Source of the DNA: Takakia lepidozioides
Taxonomy: Eukaryota > Plantae > Bryophyta
Assembly: GCA_030704615.1 (NCBI GenBank)
Contig: CM060731.1
Coordinates: 20,832,001-20,896,000, forward strand
Direction of reading: 5' to 3'
Length of the DNA stretch: 64,000 nucleotides
Shown here piece after piece: positions 13,191-24,945 of the stretch (its first letter is position 1; each line of letters begins with the position of its first letter). Both the position numbers and the translations under genes were made by a program. The notes beneath the pieces are model-generated. The model saw nothing but the letters and a program-made list of their open reading frames with translations. It did not search any database and was not told the DNA's origin.

Positions 13191-13952
13191 TTTTTTTTTA
13201 ATCTTTGTTTTTTTTGGGTTTTTTAATTCATTCTAGTGGTAAGAGTCTCCGTTTTTTTAAGATATAAATACTCATATATTATATATATAACCAGAAAAGC
13301 ATGTGTCGACACGTGTAGTCATGTAGTGATTCATCCATGTGATGATCTGGCATAATGCATTAGAGTGAGAGTCATGAAGTCATATGTCTGTCTTGCAATA
13401 TGCACACGTCATTCTAGTGTAGCCATGACCGTGACTGGTAGTCATATCTGCCATGCCAATATTCGTGGTCAAACATGTTTGACCTGTGTTGCGCAGAGTC
13501 CGATGCCATGCAGTCGCATATACGCCTTCTCCAGACCTGCATTATGACTTCAAAAGCATTTTACGACTGCAAATGGCATTTCTGCCACAAATCTGTCATG
13601 ACTGCGCATCCATGGGAGTCATAAAAGCCGCAATCTGTTGTAGTGTTTGTGTGGGCGCTTGTTTTCATAGGAGGTTGGTCCGGATTTGATCACCGGTCAA
13701 TCCTAGAGAGTGCTGTCGGTGGTGAGGCTGGGGTGATGACCAGTCAGACCATCATTGTTTCTCTTATGGTGAGGCTGGGTTGATGACCAGCATACCATAG
13801 GAGTGCTTGCGGTGGATGCAGGTGCAGGTTTATGTTACGAACCTAGTAGTCTAAGCCATAAGCTGCAACAGGTTCTCTACCCGGTTACCTTGTGGAAAGG
13901 GGGATTAGAGACAGGTTTACAACAGGTGTGGTTGTGAGTTTTTATCACGGAG

Positions 13953-15506
13953 GTGCCACCAATTGCTGATGAGAGTGCCGGTAGAAGCACCAGCGATACT
14001 AGTGGGTATACAAGACGAGGTGTGCGGTTTAGGCCACCTTCACCTTCAGTGTCTTCTGAGGAAGGTTCAGACTCAGAGTCAGGAGGATTCTCGCCGAGGG
14101 TGCAAGTCATTTCCGTGCCATTGTTGTGGGACACGATGGAGGAGATGTATGGAGCTACCAAGGGGCCACGTAGGTACTCTGGAGCTGTGGGCACCATCGA
14201 GCTTAATGACTTCATACAAGAGTTTGATAGTTGGTGTGATTTGCAACAGATGCGCAATCCACAACTGTTTACGCCTTTTATGGCGTGGAAGGGGTTGTTT
14301 CAGCACCTTGAGGGGCCGCCCATGGATGACTACCATGAGTTTAGGCGGGGACATGAGGTGGAGATTGAGGAATGGCGGGTGTATTAGTCACCTGACTATG
14401 TCTCCATCACTAGAGGCACAAGGGTAGTAGTGACACCGACAGCTTCTGCAAACAGCAGTGGGACGTCAAGTGGAACAGGAGCTGGGAAGTCCACCCAAGC
14501 TCCTGCTGCAGCACCAACACCCGTGCTTGCCTTTAACCCAGTTGTGGAGTTCTTCGAGGAGTTAAGGAGAAACTACCAGGGGATAATGACGGAGAAATTG
14601 CGGAGTTTGCAAGAGTTCCAACGAAAGCCTGCCGAGAGTTTAAGGGAGGCTTACACGCGCATGAGGCGCTTGATAAACATAACTCAAGGGGTTACAGAAG
14701 CTCAAGTAGTCCAATTTTGGTATGGGATATTGGACAAGGAGTTGAAGAGAAGGGTGTGGGATGCAACTCTCCTACAAGTAGCCCAACCCACCTTAGCAAA
14801 CGTGTTTTTGCTGGCAGAACAGATAGAGCTCAATATGGTGGAAGAGCGAGTGGTCATGGTGGGGTTCAGTAACGAGACACAACGAAGTGGGGCTCCTAGC
14901 CAACAACAACCACTACCCCGACGTGCTCAAGGCAAGAAATGGGCTCAGGCGAAGCCCAGGGAAGGACATAGAGGATCTCAATTGCAGAGGTCATTTCCTT
15001 CATTCTAAGAGCAACAACAGTCGGGAGTGACATGTTGGGATTGTGGAGGACCCCATGTTAAGAGAGATTGCCCGGAGAGAGGCAAAGGGCCGGCACAGGC
15101 ACAACCTACACAACTACAGTGTAGGCATTGTGACAAGTATGGGCATGAAGAGACCCATTGTTATGACTTGCATCCTGAGCTACGGCCAGGCCAGTTCCAA
15201 GGGAACAATAGACAAGGCAATGTAGTCCAGAGAGGTAGAGGAGACAGAGGTCGTGGTGGAGGTCGTAACCAAAACCAAGGAGCACAGGGTCACGGTCAAG
15301 GACATGACCAAGCCATGGTAGATAGGCTTGCCCAACTAGAGCAACGTCTTGCTACCATGGCCACTACTCATGTTGCGCCAGCTCCAAGGCTTGAGGTTCA
15401 AACCCCACCTGCACAACCTCCTATGCCTAGGGAAGACCAGATTGGTATGGGCTTCATGTGTGGAGCCGCACTTGCACATGTGGACTCTGCAACTGCTGTC
15501 ACTTGA
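13953..15506 (+). pseudogene. Retrotransposon gag (E1) with two CCHC zinc knuckles, interrupted by stops
   Basis: Capsid-like region (ESLREAYTRMRRL...FWYGILDKEL), then CWDCGGPHVKRDC and CRHCDKYGHEETHC. Stops at about 14385 and 15006. Confidence 0.88.
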
Positions 15507-15604
15507 GCAGTAACGCGTGCTCTTGAGCCAAGAGGAGGGATGAGGATTTTGATCCACAAAGAGGGGAAGCAAGTCTATAGACAAGGCTTCCACAGTCTTT
15601 CACA

Positions 15605-16723
15605 TTGGCTGAGACAGTGCCAACTATGCCATCGATAGCACCCGCTCGCCCAAGTGTGTCAGAGGTAGAGCCACGTGTGCCATTGGGGAGAGTTGGTATG
15701 GCTCGGGAAATGCCAATGGGTGGTACTGCAAAGCAAGGTGCAACCAGTACATTGTTGGGGGCGGCTACGGCCATTTGCCAAGCTCCATTGTTTTATGCCA
15801 CGACAATTGCAATGCCGGGGATGCGGCCAGCTGCAGTGTTTAGATTGGCAGCTGCACACTGTGAGAGTGGTGATGCATCGACACTATTTGCGGGGATAGC
15901 GGATCAGGTGCAGTGCATGGATGCCCTGGATTCAAGGGTGAAGACAGCCACAGCTGCGCCATGGCAAGCGACAGCTGCAAGGTTGAAGGAGTTGCTAGCT
16001 AGACCAGCCATTGAGCGTAGTATGGTGACTTATAGGGTAGTCCTGGTGGACAATCAGGATGGTGTGTTTCAGTTGGGTGGCCTAGCCGGGAGGAGGTATA
16101 GGCCACTGCAGGTCTTGTTGGACTCGGGAGCACAGCCATTGATATTGGGGAGAGCAGCAATTGCAGACTTGGGCCTTATAGAGGCGGATTTGGAGCCTTG
16201 CCCTTTCCAAATTCAAACATCTTTGGACGGTTCAGAGAAGGCACGAGGGATTACATGCCATGAGCTCTTCATTCGATTGGAGCCAGATCATGCTACAGAT
16301 GGCTCTGTCATGAGAGCTAAAGCCATTGTTACGGACGTGGTGTCTTATGATGTGCTTGTTGGTGGGGCTGTGTTATACCCGATGGGCTTTATTTTGGACT
16401 TTTGGGAGGAAACGACATCCTATAGGCCGGAATGGCAGTCAGAGGATGGTCGACGTGCACTGCTCCCAGTGCAGTTTATTGGGAATGTAGCGGTGGATCA
16501 TAGGAACATGATGCCCACATTGGCTGCATTCTCAGGGGTGGTGGCTTGGGGTGGTGAGCTCTTGGAGGGCAATAGCCATGCAGATGATAGGCCACCACTT
16601 GATGAGGACAAACAATTAGCATACAAGGCTGATTTGCTTCCTCATGTGCCTGTTCATATTCCACTGTGGGGTACAATTGGGAATTTGCATCGAGTAGCAA
16701 GCGAGTGTGTGCACCAAGCATGA
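15605..16723 (+). pseudogene. pol: aspartic protease region
   Basis: VLLDSGAQPL catalytic motif (about 16111-16140) and downstream YDVLVG motif. Confidence 0.85.
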
Positions 16724-16834
16724 CATGAGGCATATCCATTGGTGAGTGAGGGGAGTTCAGTGACATCACCTGGATCTCCTCAGTTAGCTCCTTTGGACAC
16801 AATGCCCATTACCTGACAACCACCTGACTCAGGG

Positions 16835-17800
16835 ATTTGTTTGCTAGACATGTTTGGAGGTATGAGCACTGGGCTTGCAGGAGTGTTGCAAGCAGAGATT
16901 AAAGTAAACAAGTACTTGTATGTGGAGAAGGATGAGATAGCTCAGAGTATTTCTATGCGCCACATCGCCTTGCTCACACACCGGTATCCTGAGTTGTTGC
17001 CTCTCTCAGCAATTCAAGGGTATCAAAAAGCCTTGCCAGCAGACATTACCTTGCTGGGGGCGGATGATTTGAACCGGCATGGTGCCATTGACTTGGTGAT
17101 AGCTGGATGGCCTTGCCAAGGACACTCTCCCGCAGGTCATGAGAATGGCTTGCATGATGCACGATCGCATTTGTTTTGGGAAATGTTGCGAGTGTTGTGG
17201 GACTTGTAGACGAGGCAAGTGCAACCTCTAGGCTATATCTTGGAGAATGTTCCTCTTATGGGGGATTCTCGGGCCAGGATAATGGCCAGTGTGCATCACG
17301 TGCGGTCTTGGATTGGATCGGCGGTGCTATTGGATGCAGCAGCGGTGGGATCACGCGCGCATCGACCTCGATTGTGGTGGACCAATCTTGCACCACCGGA
17401 GCTGCTCAAGAGAGCATATGATTCCATTCAACGGCCACCCAATCTCACGGTTGAGGGCATTTTGGACCAAGGGAGGCAACCACAGAGGGTGCGACATGAT
17501 GACCGTCCACCTCTAGCAGTGGTCAATCGAGTGGGGCAGCCACATACAGCCTTGCCTACGTTCATGAACTTTCCCTCGTCTCATGCTTTTCGAGACAATG
17601 GTCCTGGGTTGATTTGGGACAGTGTGCTACAACAATTGGTGGAGCCCAATGCGGATGAGCGCGAGCGGGCAATGGGGTTTGCCACGGGCACTACATCTAT
17701 GCCAGCTCTATCAGAGGCATCACGACGTCGTGTGTTGGGTCAGACAATGGATCTAAATTGCTTGACATGGATAATTGGCTTATGCATGGCTGAGCAATGG
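16835..17800 (+). pseudogene. pol: C5 cytosine DNA methyltransferase domain between protease and RT
   Basis: Motifs in canonical order: I LLDMFGGMSTG, II YVEKD, III ADIT, IV DLVIAGWPCQGHS (catalytic PC), VI YILENV, VIII AHRPRLWW, IX PNADERERAMGF, X RRVLGQTM. One in-frame TAG at 17207 separates two same-frame ORFs. Confidence 0.92.
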
Positions 17801-18339
17801 AGATTGCAAACATTGATGGCTATTTCTACACTCCCATTGGATGGTGCATCCTCCCTGTCCACCCGGGACGGTTGAGACAGTGAGTGGGGGCGAGCACAAG
17901 ATCGTGGGTTGCAAACACCCATGGCAGATGTGGGATGAGATGTGCAAAGAGAGAGTCATTGGATCTCTCAAGCAGCAGTATGAGGAGTGGGGATAGCCAT
18001 GAACTGAGGATCAGTTGGAGGCCAAGGTAGCCAAGGTTTTTGAAGAGGTTGAGAATGTTTCTTGCTCAGAGGATGTTCTCAAGGTGGCTATGGCGGAGCA
18101 AGTGGAGGCTACGCCACAGTCAGAGGTTGCTATCTAGCAACCAAATGATTCGTCTCCTACCTCCAAGCCTGGTGTATCCAAGGTTGCAGTCACTGAGGAC
18201 AATTGGGAACCAGATGTTGGACCTACAGTCACCGGAGGATCCAGCAATTTCTAAGGGCTTATAGAAATTGCTTTGCCTTCGGTTTGAAGGATTTGGGGAG
18301 TTTGAAGGGTTAGGAGATTCGTATTGATTTGGCAAGTGA

Positions 18340-19510
18340 CACGCCAATCTTTCGAAGGCCCTACCGGTATAGTGACATGGAGAGGTCATTGATCCAGTCA
18401 CGGACTATGAAGTTGTTCGAAGCTGGATTGGTGGAGTTGTCAGGCGGGGAGTATGCCTCGACAATGGTGATCCCAGCTAAGTAGGATATCTATGGCAATT
18501 GGACAGAAAGAAGGATGTGTGGGGACTATCGTCCTGTGAACCGTCAGACTAAGTCCGATAGATATGCCATGCCAATTCCAGAGAAAATCTTTGATGCCAT
18601 TGGGCATGCGAAGGTGTTTAGCACATTGGACTTGCGATCCGGTTACCACCAGTTGCCAATCAAAGAGGCTGACAAGCAAAAGACGACATTCTGGGGGATT
18701 GACCAACATGGGAAGGATTGCTTGTACCAATGGAGTTTCCTACCGTTTGGGCTGAAGAATGCTCCTACAGAGTTTCAGAGGGTTATGGATGGGATTCTCG
18801 CGAGGCTAGACTTTGCCTGGTGTTACATTGATGACATCATTGTCTTTAGTGCTACGGTTGAGGAGCATGAGAGACACCTTCAGGTGATGTTTGAGCGCTT
18901 GAGAGCGCATTGGTTGAAATTGCACCCTGAGAAGTGCAAGTTCTTCCACAACCAGATTGAGTATCTGGGCCACATGATATACCCTGGAGGATTGGGTGTT
19001 CAAAAAACGAAGGTGGAGGCCATTGCACGCATTCCACGCCCCATAGATATTAGCATAGTTCGTGCTTTCATGGGGTTGGCAAACTACTATCGACGGTTTG
19101 TCAAGGGATTTAGCAGCATTGCAAAGGCTCTTACCAAGTTGACCAAGGTGGGTCAAGAGTGGCAATAGGAGGAGGAGCAGGAGGAAGCCTTTGAGGAACT
19201 CAAGGCTCGATTGACTTCTGCACCTATTCTGAGGCGGCCTATTCGAACAATGATGCCGAGGCGAAGTATAGCTCATATGAAGGGGAGTGTCTAGCTATGA
19301 TATGGGCAATGACACATTTCAGATGCTACCTCTATGGCAACCTCTTCACCCTTATCACGGATCACCAACCATTCAAGTGGTTGATGGAGTCAGACAAGTT
19401 TACAAATAAGCTTGCACGGTGGGCACTTATGCTTCAAGAGTACGACTTCCAGGTGGTGCATCGAGCCGGTATAGTCAATCGGGATGCAGATGGGTTGAGT
19501 TATAATCCAT
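18340..19510 (+). pseudogene. pol: Ty3/Gypsy reverse transcriptase and partly deleted RNase H
   Basis: RMCGDYRPVN, FSTLDLRSGYHQ, LPFGLKNAP, YIDDIIVFS, YLGH, FMGLANYYRRFV. RNase H C-terminal part: YSSYEGECLA...TDHQP...NRDADGLS. The N-terminal catalytic segment is missing near 19245. Confidence 0.93.
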
Positions 19511-19869
19511 GCAAGAGCGAGCATGATGATATTGGAGCTCGGTGGCATGGTGAGACGGATGAGGAGATGGTGCCAGGATGGCATGCATCTGCCTTTTTGT
19601 GCATCCTACCAATGGGAGCTCAAGCTGGTCCATCCCATAGCATTGGTCATGTAGATGGTGTGCATGACAATCCGAAGATCAGTGAAGAGCTTAGTGGTGC
19701 TAAGGATGTGCATGAAGATGCAGCAGTGTTGGCCTACCTTTGTACTAGAGAGACAACAGCCATTGTGACTGCTAAGGAGAGAGATCGGATCCTACAACGA
19801 GCTAAGAGGTTCAAGTGGGAGGGGACTCGCCTACTCCGAGTATGGGAGGATGGACGAGTGAGGATTGTG

Positions 19870-21140
19870 CCTCATCTAACACAACGAGCGCGATTGGTAC
19901 GCCATGCCCATGAGGAGTTGGGACATTTTGGGGTGTGGCGCACTCATAGTTTGCTGCAAGGACAGTACCGGTGGCGGGGCATGCACACGGATGTGCAATA
20001 GTTAGTGGCAAGGTGCCTGGTGTGTGATAGAGTGCGGGCTTCTTTCAATGCACCTACTCCACAATTCAATCCTTTATCCATTATGGGTTTGGGCTATTGT
20101 TGGAGTCTTGACTTTGCAGGCCCATTGCCACTAACGATTCGCCATAACAAATATGTGCTGGTGATGGTGGAACATTTCTCCAAGTGGATTGAACTGGTGG
20201 TATTGCCTGACAAGGCAAGTGAGGAGGCTGCGTATGCATTCTTAGATTGAGTGCTTAGCCAATTTGGTGCTCCAGCCGAGGTACTCACGGACCAGGGGAG
20301 AGAGTTCTTGGGGGAGTTTCAGGCTTTGTGTGAGCAAGCCTTGATAGATCACCGCACAACTTCTCGGGATCATCCCGAGGCTGATGGCCTGGCAAAGAGG
20401 GTTGTACAAACAGTCAAGCGAGGCTTGCGTAAGTATGGCTTGCAGAAGGGACACTTAGGAGATTGGGACCTTCAGCTACCTTGGCTAGCCATGGGCTACA
20501 TGTTTAGCAAACAATCATCATTTGCCTCGTTCTCGCCTTATTTCCTTCTCTTTGGCCGAGAGCCAGATTTGCCTGCATCTATTCGCAGGGAGACTGTAGT
20601 AGTCCTCAACCTTGATGATCCTAGCCGATATCCCCCTCCACGTACAGTGGCATACCTCAATGTGTCTCGGTGTTGGGCAATAGCAAGGTTCTCAAAAGCC
20701 ATAGGCATGACTCTCTTGAACAACTCTGCCCGCTGGGCACATGCTTGTGTCCACACATCCGTTTCCACCCTGGGGACTATGTGTATCTGTAGCAGACAGC
20801 GCCTACGACTTTGGATGTCACAGCAGGGCATGTGATTCTAAGGGTCCGGGAGGTGTTGCATTCAGGAGTGTTGATTCTGGAGGGTCGAGATGGCATGGTA
20901 TGGAAGGACCATGTACGCAATTGTGCGCCATGTCACCTTCCACATGTGGATGGGAGGATAGATCCCAACCTTGCAGTGGTACCTGCAGGGTTGCGTTGCA
21001 TGCTATGCGGGCATGCTGGTGGTGCCGCGACCATGTTGATGTGTGACAAATGCTCAAGGGGGTGGTACATGGGATGCTTGACACCACCACTTGAGGAGGT
21101 TTCTAGTGAAGAATGATTGTGTCCACGATGCCTTGGATAG
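19870..21140 (+). pseudogene. pol: DDE integrase with C-terminal PHD finger (E2-derived 3' part)
   Basis: HHCC (HEELGH...CLVC), SLDFAGP, LTDQGREF, ADGLAKR (E>K). PHD CMLC...CDKCSRGWYMGCLTPPL...*LCPRC at 20997-21131. Confidence 0.9.
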
Positions 21141-21402
21141 AGGTAGTGGGGCATGACAGTGGTGAGGTTGACAAGTGATTCAAGATCTAGCTAATGGGAG
21201 TTCGATGCCATGGACACCCAATTGAAGCCATGGATTGCAGGAAGGCGAGTAACGATGGGGCTACTTTTGCACCCAGCCTCTTGATCTATTGACTTCAGAT
21301 AGTGGGACTTGGGCGATTGATGACCAAGCGATGATCTTATTGGGATGGATACTTGTCAGCTATCCGGTATTAGAGGGACCTAATCACCAGCTAGGGGGGT
21401 GA

Positions 21403-21940
21403 TTGTGGCATAGCTCTAGGATTGTGTGCTTAGATTGTGTGGTGGACAGCGATGTATGTTGTGGCACGATGCTTAGGTGCACGACAGCTGTCATGGTTTT
21501 AGTCATGGTTAACTAGAATTACCTACTTCTAGTTAACTAGTACATTTTGGATATTTATATTTGTATTTTGTGTGTTGGGACTTCATTTGGTCTCATATGC
21601 CAAGTGAGGTGTCAAACCTCACTTGGGACACGGGGATGGGTTTTCCCCTTGTGAGCGTTGAGGAGGGCTCATCTTCTTGTAGTTGAGCCTCCATGAGCCT
21701 CTTTCACCTCCATAGCTCTAGGTATTGAGAGGGAGTGTGTTGAGGGCTTTGTAGGGTGGATTTCCTTATCAAGGGTGCCCTTGGCTTGACTTAGTTTATG
21801 TGATTGAGTGGATTCAAGAGTGGAGTGTTTCCATTGTGTTCACTTTCATTATCATTGTGGCATAGCTTTCTAGGATTGTGTGCTTAGATTGTGTGGTGGA
21901 CATCGATGTATGTTGTGGCACGATGCTTAGGTGCACGACA
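21403..21940 (+). repeat. E2 3' terminal block B1(21403-21486)-GC-A2(21489-21854)-B2(21855-21940)
   Basis: Follows PPT aggggggtga. B1 matches B2 (ttgtggcatagc...gtgcacgaca), and A2 is the reverse complement of 26709-27074. Followed by TSD ctcc. Confidence 0.92.
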
Positions 21941-22249
21941 CTCCGAACCCCAGGACGATATCCTCCACCACGTATAGTGGCATACCTCAACGTATCACGG
22001 TGCTGTGCAATGGCAAGGTTCTCAAAAGCCATGGGCATGACTTTCTTGAACAACTCTGCACGCTGATCACATGCACGTACCCACACGTCTGGATCATCAA
22101 GGTTAAGGACTTGAGCAATGTCCATACGAATGGCTGTAGGCAAATCCGACTATCGGCCAAAGAGAAGGAAATATGGTGAGAAAGAGGCAAGTGATGCTTG
22201 TTTGCTGAACTTGTAGCCCATGGCTAACCAAGGCACCTGAAGATCCCAG
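21941..22249 (-). pseudogene. E1 integrase fragment, inverted (left flank of the E2 insertion)
   Basis: WDLQVPWLAMGYKFSK...LNLDDPDVWVRACDQRAELF...RGGGYRPGVR, which continues as RFSPGDYVYL at 27075. Confidence 0.85.
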
Positions 22250-23800
22250 ACTCAGGAGCAAGAGGTGGACCATCCGGCCTTGGAGCCGGTACCACCTGAG
22301 CTGTAGCCATGGTAGCGAGCCTCTGCTCTAGCTGCTGAAGCCGGTTGGCCATGCCTTGGTCAACACCCTGACCTCCGCGTCCTTGGCCATGTTGAGCTTG
22401 CCCTTGGCCTACACCTCGTGCCTGGCTACCTCGTCCTCTCTAGGCTGCCCCACCTTGCCCCCGGCCACCATTGTTCCCTTTGAACTGGCCTGGGCGCAAC
22501 TCAGGATACAAACCATAACACTGGGCCTCTCCATGCTCGTGCTTGCTACAATGCCCACACTACAACTGTGCAGGCTGTGCATATGCCGGCCCTTTGCCTC
22601 CCTCTGGGCAATCCTTCTTGACATGGGGTCCTCCACATGTCCAACATACCACCTTCGCCCGTTGTTGGCCTGCAAATGAAGGGAGAGACCTCTGCATCTG
22701 AGGTCCTCTCTGTCCTTCCCTGGGCTTCACCTGGGCCCTCTTGTTGCATTGAGCACGTTGAGGTAGTGGTTGGCTAGGAGCACCACTACCCCATGGTGTC
22801 TCCTTAGCAAATCCCACCATGACCACTCGTTCCTCCACCATGTTGAGCTCTATCCGCTCTGCCAGCAAAAACACATTTGCTAAGGTAGGTTGGGCCGCTT
22901 GTAGGAGAATTGCATCCCGCACCCTTCTCCTCAGCTCCTTGTCCAATATCCCATACCAGAATTGGACTGCCTGAGCTTCCGTAACCTCTTGGGTTACATT
23001 TATCAAGCGCCTCATGCGAGTGAAAGCCTCCCTCAAGCTCTCAGTAGGCTTCCATTGGAATTCTTACAAGCTCCGCAACTTCTCTGTCCTCACCCCTTGG
23101 TAGTTCCCTCTCAACTCTTCGAAGAACTCCACAACAGGATTGAAGGCAGGCACGGGTACTGGTGCTAGTGCGGTAATGGCGTGGGTGGACGTCGTAGCTA
23201 TGGTACCACCAGTCCCACTAGTCTCACTGCTGTTTGCTGAAGCTGCCAGTGCAGCGGCAGGTGTAGCCACTGCCCTCGTGGCTCTAGTGCCCCTAGTGAT
23301 GGAGACATAGTCGGGTGACCAGTACATCCTCCACTCCTCGATCTCAACCTCATGCACCCGCCTGAACTCATGGTAATCATCCATAGGCGGCCCCTCAAGG
23401 TGCTGAAACAACCCCTTCCATGCCATGAAAGGCGTAAATAGTTGTGGATTATGCATTTGCTGCAAATCACACCACCTATCAAACTCTTGGATAAAATCAT
23501 CCAACTCGATGGTGCCCACCGCCCCAGAGTACCTTCATGGCCCCTTGGTAGCTCCATACATCTCCTCCATTGCGTCCCACAACAATGACAATGAAACAAC
23601 TTGCACCGCCGGTGTGAGTCCTCCTGATTCACAATCCGAATCAGAACCTTCCGTAGAAGACATAGGAGGTGAAGGTGGCCTAAACCGCACACCTCATCTC
23701 GTGTACCCACTAGTATCGCTAGTGCTCGAACCGGCACTGTCCCCAGCAACTAGTGGCACCTCCGTGTTGACAAACTGTCATTCAACCGGTCATGAACATG
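22250..23800 (-). pseudogene. E2 gag (paralog of 13953-15506), decayed
   Basis: GTIELDDFIQEFDRWCDLQQM, REAFTRMRRL, CWTCGGPHVKKDC. Ends abruptly at the deletion junction near 22250. Confidence 0.88.
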
Positions 23801-24439
23801 TCCCTAACCCCCTCTCCACAAGGTAACCGGGTAGAGAACCTGTTGCGGCTTATGGTTTGGAATACTAGGTTCCTAACATAGCCTACACCTGCACCTGCAT
23901 CCACCGCAAGCACTAATATGGTTGGCTGGTCATCACCTCCAACCTCACCACAAGATAAACAATAATGGTCTGACTGGTCATCACCCCAGCCTCACCATCG
24001 ACAACATGCTCTAGGATTGGCCGGTGATCAAATCCGGACCAATCACCTATAAAAACAAGCGCCCACACAAAACTAACATGGCGCACAATCAAGCATGCAG
24101 GTATGGAGAGGATCCAAACACAAGAAATCAAAACGACAACTCCCCCACACCAAAAACAACTCCATGGTGTTGCTTCTGCAAGGACACCCCAGCCCAAACC
24201 CGGACTGACTCTTGCCTCCACCTACGGAAAGGTCTTGGCTTAATGAGAGGGTGGAAAACTACGAGGAAGAGAATTAAAGCAATGCCTAACCCCAGCATGC
24301 CCTCATCCCAACACTTTTTTTCTCATCTCTTCCCTCACTTGCATGACCATGGGAATATCATGAAGATACTCCTCATACCGCCCTCCACGAGCTTCAAAAT
24401 TCGGCCTACAAGACCACATGTCAGTCCTTAGGCAGTCCA

Positions 24440-24945
24440 CCAGTGCCTTCACGAGTCAGCACAGGCTGTCCACAGGTCAACACGGGCCACCACAGACCAG
24501 CACAGGCCCACACAGATCACTGGTCACAGCCATCACAGCCCCACACAGGCCACAGCCCGTCACAGCCCGTCACAGCCCCAAAAGCTACAGGTCACAGTCT
24601 GTCACAGCCCTACACAGGTCACAGGGTCACAGCCCCACAGGCCACAGCCTGTCACAGCCCTACAAAGGTCACAGGGGTCACAGCCCCAAAGGCCACAGCC
24701 CGTCACATCCTGTCACAGCCCTACACAGGTCACAGGGGTCACAACCCCAAAGGCCACAGCCTGTCACAGCCCCTCACAGCCCGTCACGGCCCCACAGGGC
24801 ACAGCCTATCACAGCCCCAAAGGCCACAGGGCACAGCCTGTCACAGCCCCACATGCCACCTATCACAGCCCATCACAGCCCTACACAGGTCATACGATCA
24901 CGGCCCTATATGCCACAGCCCGTCACATCCCCATCCATGGCCACT
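24440..24945. repeat. cacagcc/cacaggt tandem array in the E2 leader
   Basis: Dense 8-10 bp (gt)cacagccc units; these produce the low-complexity HS/QP ORFs. Confidence 0.85.

Larger units (their letters stand above)
8581..13645. mobile_element. Non-autonomous CACTA (EnSpm) transposon carrying host gene fragments (Pack-CACTA)
   Basis: Left TIR CACTACAACAAATTGCGGCTTTTA; right end TAAAAGCCGCAATCTGTTGTAGTG (1 mismatch in 24). 3-bp TSD TTT at 8578-8580 and 13646-13648. Removing it restores a leader colinear with E2 (24040-24100, reverse complement). No transposase seen. Confidence 0.93.

Noticed and set aside
16835-17800. Host DNMT gene or bacterial restriction-modification contamination
   Set aside because: Intronless, lacks BAH/chromo/UBA domains, lies between protease and RT on the pol strand with the same decay pattern, and has no neighbouring restriction enzyme.
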